NCBI GenBank assembly: GCA_037720315.1
Contig: JBBJMS010000001.1
Location: 10,110-74,109, forward strand
Length of the DNA: 64,000 nt
Direction of reading: 5' to 3'
Origin: Variovorax sp.
GTDB lineage: Bacteria > Pseudomonadota > Gammaproteobacteria > Burkholderiales > Burkholderiaceae_C
Part shown: positions 63,978-64,000 of the stretch, in pieces
Layout of the letters: each line of letters begins with the position of its first letter
Position numbering within the stretch: position 1 is the stretch's first letter
Made by a program: the position numbers and the translations under genes
The notes under the pieces: model-generated
The model's input: only the letters and a program-made list of their open reading frames with translations
Databases searched by the model: none
What the model was told of the DNA's origin: nothing

Positions 63978-64000
63978 GGTATTCAGCCTTTCTTGAGCGG

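Overview
High-GC betaproteobacterial chromosome segment. Gene content and intergenic repeats suggest Comamonadaceae, probably Variovorax-like (inference). Core genes: M16 peptidase pair, rsmD, coaD, pxpBCA-pcp, a peptide-type ABC transporter plus amidase, pth-rplY-prs-tRNA-Gln-ispE-lolB, mutM-dynamin-mutY, rapZ-recN-nadK, hrcA, tRNA-Ile2, hns, surE-pcm-nlpD-(rpoS pseudogene)-rlmD, hemP and exbD. There are two accessory regions. (1) An apparently complete ~6.9-kb filamentous (inovirus) prophage, 31952-38847, flanked by an 8-bp direct repeat TACAACAT and inserted in the tiny nadK/hrcA divergent promoter region. It carries a small serine recombinase. The attachment core lies inside the 3' end of the putative phage repressor gene, so a host base creates its stop codon in the prophage, while the excised circle would encode a protein 21 aa longer. 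This is a candidate integration-controlled genetic switch and the top finding. (2) A ~15-kb IS-riddled catabolic island after tRNA-Ile2: luciferase-like monooxygenase, flavin reductase fused to an IclR effector domain, nitroreductase, CoA transferase, CitE-like lyase, aldolase, amidohydrolases, Bug receptors and two paralogous LysR. Six of its transcription units share one 65-bp promoter architecture. Several single-base frameshifts in conserved genes look like sequencing indels. All calls are from reading the sequence; no database searches were run.
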